64,000 nt of DNA from an uncultured virus (IMG/VR IMGVR_UViG_3300037419_002203) (Duplodnaviria; Heunggongvirae; Uroviricota; Caudoviricetes), in the IMG/VR virus record IMGVR_UViG_3300037419_002203, positions 1-64,000 of that record. The stretch is one strand, 5' to 3'. A program made the position numbers and the translations under genes. The notes under the pieces are model-generated. The model saw nothing but the letters and a program-made list of their open reading frames with translations, was not told the origin of the DNA and searched no databases. This document shows positions 38,133 to 47,724 of this stretch, one piece after another (position 1 is the stretch's first letter; each line of letters opens with the position of its first letter).

Positions 38133-39086
38133 CTAGCAGGGGCTGTCGTCTTCACGCTTGAAGTAGAACGAGAGGTCGAGCAGACCCTTGGGGGCGGAGT
38201 CGATCAGCGCCATCAGGTCTGGGTCGAGGGTCGAGTACGGGTGACTTGTCGCTGGATCGGTCAGGTCACTCCGGTCGATCGTGGTACCATCCGCGCGAAG
38301 GAAGACGTTGCGCATCGTGTCGTAGAAGACGTCGATCGTGGCGTTCTGCGCATCGGTGATGTAACCGACCTGGAGGTTCCCGTCCGACATCTCCACCGGC
38401 AGGTAGCGCGGTTGGCGACGCCAACGGATCGGCACGTAGTAATCAGTGTGCCAGGTGATCGTGGCAGAATGTAGGATAAGATTGCTGCTCTTGTCCTGTG
38501 TGGCTGTCGGGTAGTCGATGTGGTGCACGAAGGAGTTTGCGAGCAGCCGCATCTTGTTGCCGTTCGGGAACGCGGGCAGGTGGTGCAGATCGTCGCGCAG
38601 AACTGCCGCAACCACCTCCGCGTACTGGCGGACCGCCCACTCGATGTAGTTGTGCTCGAAGAGCGTGTTCTGCTCTTCGGAGATCGTGTTGTCGCTCTCG
38701 CTCTGGTTGGAGTAGCCGAACATGTGCAGCTTGAGCTGGATGTTGGCGCGTGCCTTGATGTAGGCGGTCAGGTCGGACTTGTCGCCGCCCAGCGTGGTTT
38801 GCTTCTCGTCGAAGACGACACCCGCGTTCTCGGAGTTGACCGTGAGGCTGGTGGTCGCGTCGCCCTGCGCGTAGTGGTAGGGATAGACGGACAGTGTGAT
38901 GCCGTTCGGGTTCTTCAGCTCGCGCCCGTCGTAGTTGCGGAACTTGTTGATGCGCAGCGGCTTGCCGTTCACGTCGGTGATCGGTGGATCGACCAGCAAC
39001 GGGTGCATGGCCAGACGGAAGATTGCCGTCTGCACGATCCGGTTGACTGTGACGGGAGGCCAGATCTGAACGCTGCCTTGTGCCAT
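38133..39086 (-). CDS. Putative neck/tail-completion protein
   Basis: Position between adaptor and sheath; TLSVYPY strand. Confidence 0.5.
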   Translation of the reverse strand: MAQGSVQIWPPVTVNRIVQTAIFRLAMHPLLVDPPITDVNGKPLRINKFRNYDGRELKNPNGITLSVYPYHYAQGDATTSLTVNSENAGVVFDEKQTTLGGDKSDLTAYIKARANIQLKLHMFGYSNQSESDNTISEEQNTLFEHNYIEWAVRQYAEVVAAVLRDDLHHLPAFPNGNKMRLLANSFVHHIDYPTATQDKSSNLILHSATITWHTDYYVPIRWRRQPRYLPVEMSDGNLQVGYITDAQNATIDVFYDTMRNVFLRADGTTIDRSDLTDPATSHPYSTLDPDLMALIDSAPKGLLDLSFYFKREDDSPC

Positions 39087-40775
39087 TTAGAAGATCCCTC
39101 GATTGAAGTAGTTGATGTCCTGGAATGCCTGGGACATCCGGTTGGAGAGCTTGGGCTGTGCCACACGCGCTCCCACAATGCCACCGGGCTCCTGCAACAG
39201 GGCCAGCTCGGCCTTACCCATAGGGAAGTGGTACACGATGTCCATCACGATGCTCTTGGGCTCGCCATCGAAGTCCGTCGCGAGCACCAGCGTGTTGGGC
39301 ACGGCACCGAAGACGACTTCGGGCGGCGCGCTCAACAGATCGAAAACCAGCTTGTCCTCCGTGACGGAGAGTTGGTAAGGCACGATGCGGATCCCAGGAG
39401 CCGTGACGGTGTTGCCTGCCACTTGCATCTGGGTCGGCGAGCGCAGCGCGGGTAGCACCTTGAGCTGCTTCGAGATCAGGTTCATGTCGTCGGCCATCAG
39501 GCGCACGACGTCGTCGGCAGTGGATCCCCGCGGGATCTTAACCACGCGAGCAGGCACCCCGTACGAGCTGGCTGCCACGTTGCCGACCTGGTACTTCAGC
39601 ACCCCGTCCTGACTGGTCTTGCCGGAAACCGACGTGACCTTGAAGTAGAACGAGTCGTAGAGTGCGTCGCTGATCGCTGCCGTGGGGTTGGTCGCGCCGG
39701 GCTTGAGCACGGCAGCCGTGCCTGCGTTGCCGGGGGTGATGTCGATCAAGACCGAGTAGGGACCCTTCTGCGAGAGCAGGGTGTAGTCGGGGTGGTCGAG
39801 CTGCAGGATGTTCTGCATCACGCCGTAGACGATGCCCTTGATGCCCAATGTGCCGCTTGCGTTCAGCAACTCCAGCGTGCAGAACAACGCGCTCACGATG
39901 AGGTCGTGCTGGCCCGCGTAGAACGACATCCACCCCATGTTGACCTGGAGCGATGGGATCACCGTCAAGGGGTTGCCGACCGAGTCCGTGGTCTGCATGA
40001 CCCGGCTGGTCGTGATCAATGGACCCTCGTTGGGGCCAATCACGAGGTTGAACTTGGTGCCCGCCGGTGCCGCCGCGAGGTAGGCACGAACCGCGCCCAG
40101 CAACTTGTTCATGATGACCGCAGGCGTGTCGCCCACGGCCACGGGCGCGCTGACCTTGTACTGGTTGACCCACAGGTTTGCCACACCGTCTTCTTGTGCA
40201 CCGGGGTACGGCTTGACGGCGTTGTTGATGGGGTCGTAGGTCGTGGGGTTGACGTCGAGCGCCATGAAGATGCGAGGGCTCTTGTCTACCACGGCCGACG
40301 AAGCAGCCTTCGCCGCGGCGGCAGCCGCTGCCGTCAGTTCGGGCGAGCTGGTCAGCTGCTTGAGGTCGGCCATCGCCTCCTTCTGGAGGTCCGAGGCAAT
40401 CTTCTGCTGCTCGGGCACCTGGCCCGCAAGCATGGTGGTCATCCACGACGCGGCCAACCGGGCGGCGATCATGTAGACCATGTCCTTGACGATGGAGTTG
40501 GTCATCACCTGGAAGACCAAGGTGTTCGCCGTCGCCTGAATCGTAGGATCGGCGAGGTCGCTCAGCTCCTCGTAGAAGACCATCTTGCCCACACCGGTGC
40601 TGGTCTGGGCACGCGCGCTGATCAGGTAGCCCCGAATGCGGGGGAACGCGCTCTGGTTCAGGTAGCTCAGGATCTTGCTGTTAGGAAAGGTGCCCGTGTC
40701 CGACAACACGACGTTGTAGTCACGGACCTGCTGGACGATGGGATCGTTCGGGTTGGTGATGAACGGCGTTGCCAT
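39087..40775 (-). CDS. Putative head-tail adaptor (Mu gp36-like N-terminus) with long extension
   Basis: I.GYL...MIAARLAA......L.KEA...LKQL helical pattern; position after head genes. Confidence 0.5.
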   Translation of the reverse strand: MATPFITNPNDPIVQQVRDYNVVLSDTGTFPNSKILSYLNQSAFPRIRGYLISARAQTSTGVGKMVFYEELSDLADPTIQATANTLVFQVMTNSIVKDMVYMIAARLAASWMTTMLAGQVPEQQKIASDLQKEAMADLKQLTSSPELTAAAAAAAKAASSAVVDKSPRIFMALDVNPTTYDPINNAVKPYPGAQEDGVANLWVNQYKVSAPVAVGDTPAVIMNKLLGAVRAYLAAAPAGTKFNLVIGPNEGPLITTSRVMQTTDSVGNPLTVIPSLQVNMGWMSFYAGQHDLIVSALFCTLELLNASGTLGIKGIVYGVMQNILQLDHPDYTLLSQKGPYSVLIDITPGNAGTAAVLKPGATNPTAAISDALYDSFYFKVTSVSGKTSQDGVLKYQVGNVAASSYGVPARVVKIPRGSTADDVVRLMADDMNLISKQLKVLPALRSPTQMQVAGNTVTAPGIRIVPYQLSVTEDKLVFDLLSAPPEVVFGAVPNTLVLATDFDGEPKSIVMDIVYHFPMGKAELALLQEPGGIVGARVAQPKLSNRMSQAFQDINYFNRGIF

Positions 40776-40784
40776 GGGTCACCT

Positions 40785-40818
40785 ATGAAAGAGGCGGGGA
40801 GACAGAGCCTCCCCGCCT
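40785..40818 (-). terminator. Probable intrinsic terminator after head operon
   Basis: AGGCGGGGAG-7 nt-CTCCCCGCCT followed by CTTTCAT on minus strand (weak U-tract). Confidence 0.55.
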
Positions 40819-40836
40819 TGACTTACAAAACCAGCG

Positions 40837-41199
40837 CTACTCCGCCTTGGGCTCCTCGGGCGCAGCCGCCGAACGGCGACGCGTCTTGGGGGCTTCCGGG
40901 GTGGCTTCGGCGGTCGCCTCGACCGGGGCTTCCGCTTCGGGAGCGTCAGACACCTGGGTGGGCTCTTCGACCGGGGCCTCCTCGGCGGTGGGAGCGGCCG
41001 GAGCCTCTTCCACCGGAGCGGGGCTCTCCGCGGGGGCGTCGACCTCGTCGGTGCCGAGGTCGCGCTTGAGAGCGTAGATCGGGTAGACACCCGACTTCTG
41101 CTCCTTCAGCTCGGCCCACTGGCGGTCGGTGACGGTTTGCTCGTCACCGACGTAAGGACCTTCGCTACCGCAGGGATGGATGCAGACGATGTGCTTCAT
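40837..41199 (-). CDS. Small acidic Ala/Pro/Glu-rich protein
   Basis: GAGGA RBS; typical post-capsid small gene. Confidence 0.7.
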   Translation of the reverse strand: MKHIVCIHPCGSEGPYVGDEQTVTDRQWAELKEQKSGVYPIYALKRDLGTDEVDAPAESPAPVEEAPAAPTAEEAPVEEPTQVSDAPEAEAPVEATAEATPEAPKTRRRSAAAPEEPKAE

Positions 41200-41224
41200 G
41201 GTGGGGTCCTCGTTCCTTCTGGGC

Positions 41225-42031
41225 TTAGGGGTTGCCGTTGCCCAGGAGGACGGTGCTGCGGAGACGGTTGTCCACCGAGGTGATGGCCGCGCCCGCGAGG
41301 TTGGCGCCCGACGCGGTCGCCGTGCCCGCCGCAGCGGTGTCGGCCGCGGTCAGCGTGTACGCCGTCGCGTCCTTCGAGGTCAGGGTCGCCACCGCGCCCA
41401 CGACCGACACGCTCACCTTGGCCGCCGCCGTGGCGTTGGCTTCGATCGCGGTCTTCGCCAGCGCGGCCATCTGAGCCGCCGTGGTGCCGTTGACGGTCGA
41501 GGTCACCACAACGGCGGTGCCGCCGATGGTGATCGTGGCCGTCTCGGTGTTGTCGAACACGCCACCGAAGGTGACGGTGCCGGTGTCGGCGCTCGACACG
41601 ACCTTGCCCAGCAGGATCGAGGCGGGCTCGGGCTGACGCAGGGGACCCTTCTGGGAGAAGCCGGTCGTGTTGATCAGCGCGCCCATGTTGGGGTCGTGCT
41701 GCAGCTCGGGGGCGACGTCGCGGTACTGCTGACCCGACGCGAGGTCGGCCGACAGGGCGAGCGTGCCGTCCGTCTTCAGCCAGACGAGCTTGGTCGCGTT
41801 GTGGGGAACCGTGATGGTGAGCGGGGTCTGGATGTCCAGCTCCACGCCGGGGATGTTCATGCCGGACGCCGCCTTGTTGGGCAGCGCGTCGACCTGCGCC
41901 TGGGTACGGCCCACGCGGGCCATGCCGACGGAGGCGGTCAGGGTCAGCGCGGAGGCGCTGAGAAGCAGGCTGTTGCCGACCGTGCCCAGCCCCAGACCCA
42001 CCTTGTCGAGTGCGTGAAAACCATGCTGCAT
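41225..42031 (-). CDS. Putative head decoration protein
   Basis: Directly after capsid; C-terminal domain resembles the sheath insertion repeat. Confidence 0.5.
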   Translation of the reverse strand: MQHGFHALDKVGLGLGTVGNSLLLSASALTLTASVGMARVGRTQAQVDALPNKAASGMNIPGVELDIQTPLTITVPHNATKLVWLKTDGTLALSADLASGQQYRDVAPELQHDPNMGALINTTGFSQKGPLRQPEPASILLGKVVSSADTGTVTFGGVFDNTETATITIGGTAVVVTSTVNGTTAAQMAALAKTAIEANATAAAKVSVSVVGAVATLTSKDATAYTLTAADTAAAGTATASGANLAGAAITSVDNRLRSTVLLGNGNP

Positions 42032-42054
42032 GGTGCAGTTCTCCTTATAGGGGT

Positions 42055-42081
42055 GGGAGGGTGGACTTAATCCACCCTCCC
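42055..42081. repeat. Hairpin after major capsid gene
   Basis: GGGAGGGTGGA-CTTAA-TCCACCCTCCC. Confidence 0.7.
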
Positions 42082-42088
42082 CAGGGCG

Positions 42089-43195
42089 CTAGAACGGGTT
42101 GGTGACCGTCGGATCGACCAGGGCCGTCAGGTTCGAGACCGAGTCCACGGTCATGATGCCGATCCAGTCCGGGTAGACCAGGTACGGCAGACCGGAGTTG
42201 CCGATCTGGACCGAGCGGCCGGGGGCAGCCGGAGGCGTGGTGTCGGGGCCGGAGCGCACCCACAGACCAGGACGACCCGCGGGGTCCTCGCCCATGCAGT
42301 ACATCATCTTGCCGACCGACTCGCCAGGGAAGTCGGGGTGCACGTCCGAAGCCAGCACGATCTTGTTGATCGGCCAGAGCTTCTGGGTGGCGCCCGTGAC
42401 GGGGTCCTGGTAGATGTGGTCGAACGTGAGGATCTCCATGCCGGAGATGTGCGTCAGCTTGCCCTCGCTGAACGTCACGAAGCCGGTCTGCGACAGGAAG
42501 CTGACTTCCTGGCGGCGCAGGATCTCGGCGTTGCCTTCCAGGATCGTCTGGAGGTCCGAAGTCATGATGATGTACTTCGGCTCGACCTTGGCGACGTTCA
42601 TGATGCGGCGACGGAAGCGCTTGAGCAGCTCGACCGGGGTCGAGTTCGCCTGGTTGGCGAAGCCGGGCAGGCCAGCGGCCACGACGTCGAACAGGTTGCT
42701 GGCCGGGATGCCGGTCGGCACGTTGATCGACTGCTTGGTGCGCGGGTCGGTGTAGTTGATGCCGCCCAGCAGCACCTGCGCCTTGAGCATGGTGAACAGG
42801 TGGTTGTTGCGGTTCGTCAGACGCTGCAGACGCTTCGCAATGAACTCCTTGCCCTCCTTCTCGTTGAGGGTGCCCAGCTTGCGCAGGTCGTTGATGATGT
42901 TCATCGGGATGAAGTCCGACTCGCGCACGTACGCGGGGAAGACGTTCATGCGCTCGACTTGCGCGTTGTCCGTCAGGACGTCGGTGAAGCCGGGGTTCAC
43001 CAGCGGGGCGACGCCCACGCCCTCGCGGACGCGCTCGATCGTGATCGAGGTGTTCATCGTGGTTTCCTTGGGGAAGAACCGCGACAGGGGGTCACCCGAG
43101 AACTGCTCGAAGGTCAGCGCGAGCTTGGTCAGCACCGTGGTGCCGAGGCTCGCGATGTCGCCCACCGGGGCGAACTGGTTCACAGCTGCGTACAT
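42089..43195 (-). CDS. Major capsid protein (Phage_cap_E-like, HK97 fold)
   Basis: 368 aa; FFP......I.IER...VAPLV.PG, Q.LLG.I.Y, GLPYL..PD motifs; strongest codon bias. Confidence 0.85.
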   Translation of the reverse strand: MYAAVNQFAPVGDIASLGTTVLTKLALTFEQFSGDPLSRFFPKETTMNTSITIERVREGVGVAPLVNPGFTDVLTDNAQVERMNVFPAYVRESDFIPMNIINDLRKLGTLNEKEGKEFIAKRLQRLTNRNNHLFTMLKAQVLLGGINYTDPRTKQSINVPTGIPASNLFDVVAAGLPGFANQANSTPVELLKRFRRRIMNVAKVEPKYIIMTSDLQTILEGNAEILRRQEVSFLSQTGFVTFSEGKLTHISGMEILTFDHIYQDPVTGATQKLWPINKIVLASDVHPDFPGESVGKMMYCMGEDPAGRPGLWVRSGPDTTPPAAPGRSVQIGNSGLPYLVYPDWIGIMTVDSVSNLTALVDPTVTNPF

Positions 43196-43223
43196 CGGAT
43201 CTATCTCCTCTACTTACCGCCGA

Positions 43224-44900
43224 CTACTTGCCGACGGTTTCGACGCGGGAGATGATCTCCGCGTACGGGTTGGGATCGCTGTCGGACAGCTGCTGGCCGA
43301 CCTGGGTGTAGTTGACGCGGTTCTCCGCGGGAGTCTGCTCCAGGACGTCCAGGAGCGAGTCCACCAGGCTGACGGGGGCGGCGCCTTCCGACAGCTTGAT
43401 CTGGCGGCCAGCCAGCTCGGGGTTGGAGGCCAGCGCCAGGACGGCGTTGACGGTGGTGGGGGCGATGCCCGCGCTCACCAGAGCTTCGGCGCGCTGCTGG
43501 ACGCGGCTGCGCTCGGCGTTCTGGGTGAACTGCTGCTGCACGGCGACGGTGGTCGTCAGCTGGGTCTGCAGGCCCTCGATCTTCTGGTCCTTCTCGGCCA
43601 GCTGAGTCGAGAACTCCTGCTTCACCGCGCCGACAGCTTCCGCGACCGCCGACGCGATCAGCGCCTGGACTTCGGTGGGCTTCATGTCGATCTCTCCTTC
43701 GGTGTTCGAGAACTCCTGCGCCGACGAACCGGCACCGGTCTTGCTGTTGTCGATGGTAACCGTGCCACCGTTCACGTTCTGCGCAGGGTTCGAGTCACCC
43801 GCGGTCTGCGAGTGCTTCTCGTCCTTCGGCGCGGACTTGTCGTCGCCAGGCTTGGCGCCCTTCTTACCCTTCATGAAGTTGCCGACCATCGACAGGAACT
43901 CGCCCATCATCGAAGACATCGACTCGCGGTCCTCGTTGTCGCCCATCTTGTCGAGGTTCTTCGCCGCCTGATGGAGGGGTGCTCCGTGGCCGTGCATCTC
44001 GGTCGTGCCGCCTTCTGCACCAGCGCCGGTGTAGACCTCGGAGGGCTTGCCCGCGGGCTTGTTCACGCTCTGCGAATCCGCCGAGGGCTTCTGGTCGGTG
44101 TCCATGCCCGACTCGTTCTGCTTGGGGCTCTCCTTGCCCTTGGTCTCGCTGTAGACGGTACCGGGCTGACCGGCGGTCTTGGTGGACACGTCCGCCGCGC
44201 CGGGAGCCGACAGGCTGCCCGCGAGACGGGCGCGCAGAGCGGCACGCTGGTCGGCGTTGATCGACAGGGACTCGGCGCCCATCGCCGCATCGATCATGGA
44301 AAGGATCTCATCCGGGTTCATGGTCAGTGCTCCTTCGTTACTCAGGTTCAAGCGCATGAACCCGTTAGAGGGGGTGCCATCCGCGCCTTCCGAGAGAGCC
44401 TGGTTGCGCGGGAGATCGGGGACAAACGGGGCGTTGGTGAGCGCGTGCGCCGTCAGCAGGGTGCCGATGGGGCGCCCGTCGCGCTTGGAAATGGCGTGAC
44501 GCGTCAGTTCGGCGGACGAAAACTCGTACTCGCCGTTCTTGACTTCCTGAACGACCTTCTCGCAGCCCGCGATGGGATCGTAGACGCCGTACAGAACGTC
44601 TCCTTCCTTCTCCAAGCGGAGCAGGTTCGCGATCTTGGGCTCGCCATCAACCGCCTCGGGATGGGCGGCGTGGCCGTAGCGGAGGTACGGTGTGAAGCCG
44701 CACTCGTTCTCCTCGAAGTTACGGACCATGTCCGCGAAATCGCTATCGCTGAAGTGCACGATGCCGTAGCGCTTGTGCACGAACGTGCCCAGGCGCGCCA
44801 CGGGGATGCGCACGTACTTGTCGACTGCCTGTGCTTCGGCGGTCGAGAAGTAGCAGTGGATCGCCGCGGGTGCGACATCATAAGTGGGATCTACAGCCAT
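43224..44900 (-). CDS. Prohead protease/scaffold (Mu gpI-like)
   Basis: G.F.H..YG...F...D...MV.NF, YGH, V.NGEY.F.S.E, ALTN.PF..L; low-complexity scaffold C-terminus; no RBS. Confidence 0.85.
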   Translation of the reverse strand: MAVDPTYDVAPAAIHCYFSTAEAQAVDKYVRIPVARLGTFVHKRYGIVHFSDSDFADMVRNFEENECGFTPYLRYGHAAHPEAVDGEPKIANLLRLEKEGDVLYGVYDPIAGCEKVVQEVKNGEYEFSSAELTRHAISKRDGRPIGTLLTAHALTNAPFVPDLPRNQALSEGADGTPSNGFMRLNLSNEGALTMNPDEILSMIDAAMGAESLSINADQRAALRARLAGSLSAPGAADVSTKTAGQPGTVYSETKGKESPKQNESGMDTDQKPSADSQSVNKPAGKPSEVYTGAGAEGGTTEMHGHGAPLHQAAKNLDKMGDNEDRESMSSMMGEFLSMVGNFMKGKKGAKPGDDKSAPKDEKHSQTAGDSNPAQNVNGGTVTIDNSKTGAGSSAQEFSNTEGEIDMKPTEVQALIASAVAEAVGAVKQEFSTQLAEKDQKIEGLQTQLTTTVAVQQQFTQNAERSRVQQRAEALVSAGIAPTTVNAVLALASNPELAGRQIKLSEGAAPVSLVDSLLDVLEQTPAENRVNYTQVGQQLSDSDPNPYAEIISRVETVGK

Positions 44901-44942
44901 AATTCACACGGTAAAAGTTTGTGCACGGCAGTTTCTGGGGGA

Positions 44943-45380
44943 CTAGCAGGGACTGTCCGACGTGCTTTCCAACCAACCGGCGTTCAGGAAGCCGTGGTAT
45001 AGCGTGTGCGTTGTGTGGCCTTGCGAGGGATCTTCCCAGTTGTTCGGACGATCAACCGAGACGTGAATGCTCGGCGTGGCTGTAAGGTCCGGGGCGCTAC
45101 CGGTGATGGTCCAGAAGCCTCCTTGCTGCGAAGGAGCGTTCATCATCCACGGGAACCCATCCGGGCACTTGAGGATCCACATCTTGCCATCGGGTCCCGG
45201 TCGACCGTGGGTGTAGGGATGCTCGACCAGCGCGCCTGGCGGCAACTTGCTCCAGGTGACGATCGCGCGCGTCTCGGGATGGAAGTACGAACGTTCGTGC
45301 CAGTAGTGCTCCGACGGCTGGTCGGGCACGTCGACACCCACGGTGACGGGTTCGGCGATGTAGCAGCGAATGCGGCTCAT
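44943..45380 (-). CDS. DUF6527-like protein
   Basis: CP.G...W...G....LT..PSI...HGFL..G. Confidence 0.55.
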   Translation of the reverse strand: MSRIRCYIAEPVTVGVDVPDQPSEHYWHERSYFHPETRAIVTWSKLPPGALVEHPYTHGRPGPDGKMWILKCPDGFPWMMNAPSQQGGFWTITGSAPDLTATPSIHVSVDRPNNWEDPSQGHTTHTLYHGFLNAGWLESTSDSPC

Positions 45381-45382
45381 GA

Positions 45383-47071
45383 CTACCTCGACTGACGTCC
45401 GCCGACGTCGTTGCCCTTCTGCGACTTCATGCCAGCCTTCTGCGAGGCGCTGGGCACCGTACGGGTGTACGGCGCGGGCGGCAGGGGCAGCGGAGCCTTG
45501 GTGGCTTGCTGGGCAGTCGTCGTGGTCTTGGTAGGTACTGGCGGAGCACCCGTGCCCGAGGATCCGCTCTTGCCGCCGGACTTCTTGATGACCTGGGTCT
45601 GCGTCTTACCCGCGTTGCTGATCTGGGGCTCGTTCTTGGTGATGGTCTTGACCTCGGTCTGCGCGTCCGCCTGATGCTGGGCGGTGAGCGAGAGCGCGCG
45701 GTTCTTCGCGGCCAGACGCTTGGCGCGATCCTCTTCCATCGTGTCGATGCCCACGCGCGAGCGCATCATGTTGATGTCGTTCACGTCGGTGTTGTCGATG
45801 GCGCCGACCATGACCATCTTCTCGAAAATGCTGGCCATGATCTCCATGGTCGCGGGGTCCCACGGCGAGTGTTCGAATCGTCCGGGATTCGGATCCCCGA
45901 AGTTGATGCGAACCAGGGGACCGATCACCTGCTCGACGAACGGCTCGATGATCTCGGCGTACAGCTCGCCCAGCACCATCTTGTAGACCTCGAAGTGGAT
46001 GGCCGTGGCTGCACCGCTCCCCAAGCCGCCCTTCTCGTTCTCGTTAAGCAACAACGCGGGAATCAACAGCCCCCGGAAGATCATCTTGTTGTAGTACTTG
46101 ATGGCTTCCTCGAAGGCGCCACCGAAGTTGTTGCCCGTCGTCAAGGTGCCCAGCTTGATCTGGGTCGCGTCCGGCGTCGGGTTCGTGATGACAAGGCCGG
46201 TGCCGGTGTGGATGTTGCTGATCGCGGCTTCGGTCGAGTCGGCGAAGGTCTCCGCGCGCACACCACCAGGAGCCGAGGGGTCCGCGACCTGGTTGCCGGT
46301 CAAGCCGTTCGGCACGATGGCATAGGCGACGGGCGTGCCGTAGCGATCCAGCGCGACGTTCCACATCTCCAAGACCGCCTCCTTGAGGCGCCAGTCCTTG
46401 TAGATGCGCTTGAGGGCAGACTCGCCGTAGTAGTTGTTGTAGCGCTTGTTGTGGCTCACCAGGCAGCAGCGCTGCAGTGGGAGCTGGACCGGCGCACCAC
46501 CCAGGCGATCCTGCCAGATGCCGGTCCTGAACGCGACGTTGAAGGCGGGCGTCTCGCCCTGCGTCAAGATGCCGTGAGTGTTCACGTACATGGTCAACGT
46601 GCGTGGGTTGTAGTTGGCGATGTAGTCGATCCAGACCTTACCGGCCTCGGCCTTGTAAACGGTCTCCGACACACCAAAGCCCGCCCAGAGCGAGGAGATT
46701 GCCAACTCACCCAGTGCAGACTTGTAGGAGCCCTTCATGCGGGCAAAGTTCTCGTTGACGAAGTCCACGACCTCCGGGTTGGGGTGCCAGTACGGCCCCA
46801 TCGACGCCAGGATCGAGAGCTTCAAGAACTCGATGCCCGCGCCGATCGTCTCGTCGGTGGTCAGGGCGCGCTCGTACTCCGCGAGCCGCAGGTACTCGGG
46901 ATGGCCGAAGAACCCGTAGATGGTCTGCGCCGTCCAGTGGGACAGCGTGGTGCCGATCTGCTTCGAGTAGCCTCGGGGCAGACGGGTCTCCTTGTTCTCG
47001 TGGCCGCTCTGGGCGGAAACTTCCGCCTTGAGCGTGTCGTCGAGCTTCTTCGGGGACTTCTTACTGGCCAT
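45383..47071 (-). CDS. Portal protein (DUF935/Mu gp29-like)
   Basis: GF.VSE.VY, N.YGES.L..IY..W..K......W...LDRYG.P, GS.A....H.EV, I.PLV.INF. Confidence 0.9.
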   Translation of the reverse strand: MASKKSPKKLDDTLKAEVSAQSGHENKETRLPRGYSKQIGTTLSHWTAQTIYGFFGHPEYLRLAEYERALTTDETIGAGIEFLKLSILASMGPYWHPNPEVVDFVNENFARMKGSYKSALGELAISSLWAGFGVSETVYKAEAGKVWIDYIANYNPRTLTMYVNTHGILTQGETPAFNVAFRTGIWQDRLGGAPVQLPLQRCCLVSHNKRYNNYYGESALKRIYKDWRLKEAVLEMWNVALDRYGTPVAYAIVPNGLTGNQVADPSAPGGVRAETFADSTEAAISNIHTGTGLVITNPTPDATQIKLGTLTTGNNFGGAFEEAIKYYNKMIFRGLLIPALLLNENEKGGLGSGAATAIHFEVYKMVLGELYAEIIEPFVEQVIGPLVRINFGDPNPGRFEHSPWDPATMEIMASIFEKMVMVGAIDNTDVNDINMMRSRVGIDTMEEDRAKRLAAKNRALSLTAQHQADAQTEVKTITKNEPQISNAGKTQTQVIKKSGGKSGSSGTGAPPVPTKTTTTAQQATKAPLPLPPAPYTRTVPSASQKAGMKSQKGNDVGGRQSR

Positions 47072-47083
47072 GAGAACCTGCGG

Positions 47084-47374
47084 CTAGAGGGAGGGTCGGG
47101 GGAGCAGTTCGCTGGGCGTCCGCGTGTGCATTCCTGCAGTGCGCGGCATCGCGTCCTGCTCCGGCGGCTTGAGCAGCTCCTGCAGCTTCATATCGCCTTC
47201 GGTTTCCTCGTCGGCGATCATCTGCTGGACCTCCTCGATCCAGACCTCCAATTCCACGTCGGACATCTCGATGGACTCGGAGGGCTGGATGCGTCCGTGG
47301 CGAGCTAGGAATGCTCGCTCTGGGATTCGGAGGTGGACTCGGAGGAGCTGCTTGCGCCGCTCAAGAGCTTTTTT
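47084..47374 (-). CDS. Tail assembly chaperone frameshift extension (gpT-like)
   Basis: The -1 frame from the slippery site reads KALERRKQLLRVHLRIPERAFLARHGRIQPSESIEMSDVELEVWIEEVQ...; fusion about 197 aa. Confidence 0.75.
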   Translation of the reverse strand, partial: KKALERRKQLLRVHLRIPERAFLARHGRIQPSESIEMSDVELEVWIEEVQQMIADEETEGDMKLQELLKPPEQDAMPRTAGMHTRTPSELLPRPSL

Positions 47375-47676
47375 GCGACCTCCTTGATGTCGGCCACATC
47401 ACCTTCGCCGATGGTGAACATCTCCAGGAAGAGGCGCGTGTACGCCTGCTGATCCTTGATGGTCCAGCTGCCCATGCGGTGACGGGGATCCGGCTCCCGG
47501 AAGGGGTTGCCGTTGATCGACTTCAGGCAGTACGCCGCCAGCAGCTCTTCGACGCTCTGACGATCGTCGGGCTTGAGCATGCCGATCACGGCGTTGCGAT
47601 CTTTGGCGTACGGCTCGCGGAAGGTGATCTCGTTGCCGGACGGCAGGGCGTAGGGGAACTCGCGAAGAGCGGGCAA
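47305..47676 (-). CDS. Tail assembly chaperone (gpG-like)
   Basis: TTG start with AGGAGG RBS; LPSG.EITFREP..KD motif; slippery site near 3' end. Confidence 0.75.
   Translation of the reverse strand: MPALREFPYALPSGNEITFREPYAKDRNAVIGMLKPDDRQSVEELLAAYCLKSINGNPFREPDPRHRMGSWTIKDQQAYTRLFLEMFTIGEGDVADIKEVAKKLLSGASSSSESTSESQSEHS
47368..47374 (-). other. Programmed -1 frameshift heptamer A-AAA-AAG
   Basis: GCA AAA AAG in frame (AKK); -1 frame open to 47084. Confidence 0.8.
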
Positions 47677-47724
47677 GGTGGACCTCCTAAAATGGGTGTG
47701 GCGCAGCTTCTGGCGCCGTCTACA

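Noticed and set aside
41194..41224. GCCCAGA at 41218-41224 and GCCAGA at 47709-47714 as late promoters
   Set aside because: No nAnnnT box at 19-20 nt spacing, so excluded from the motif set
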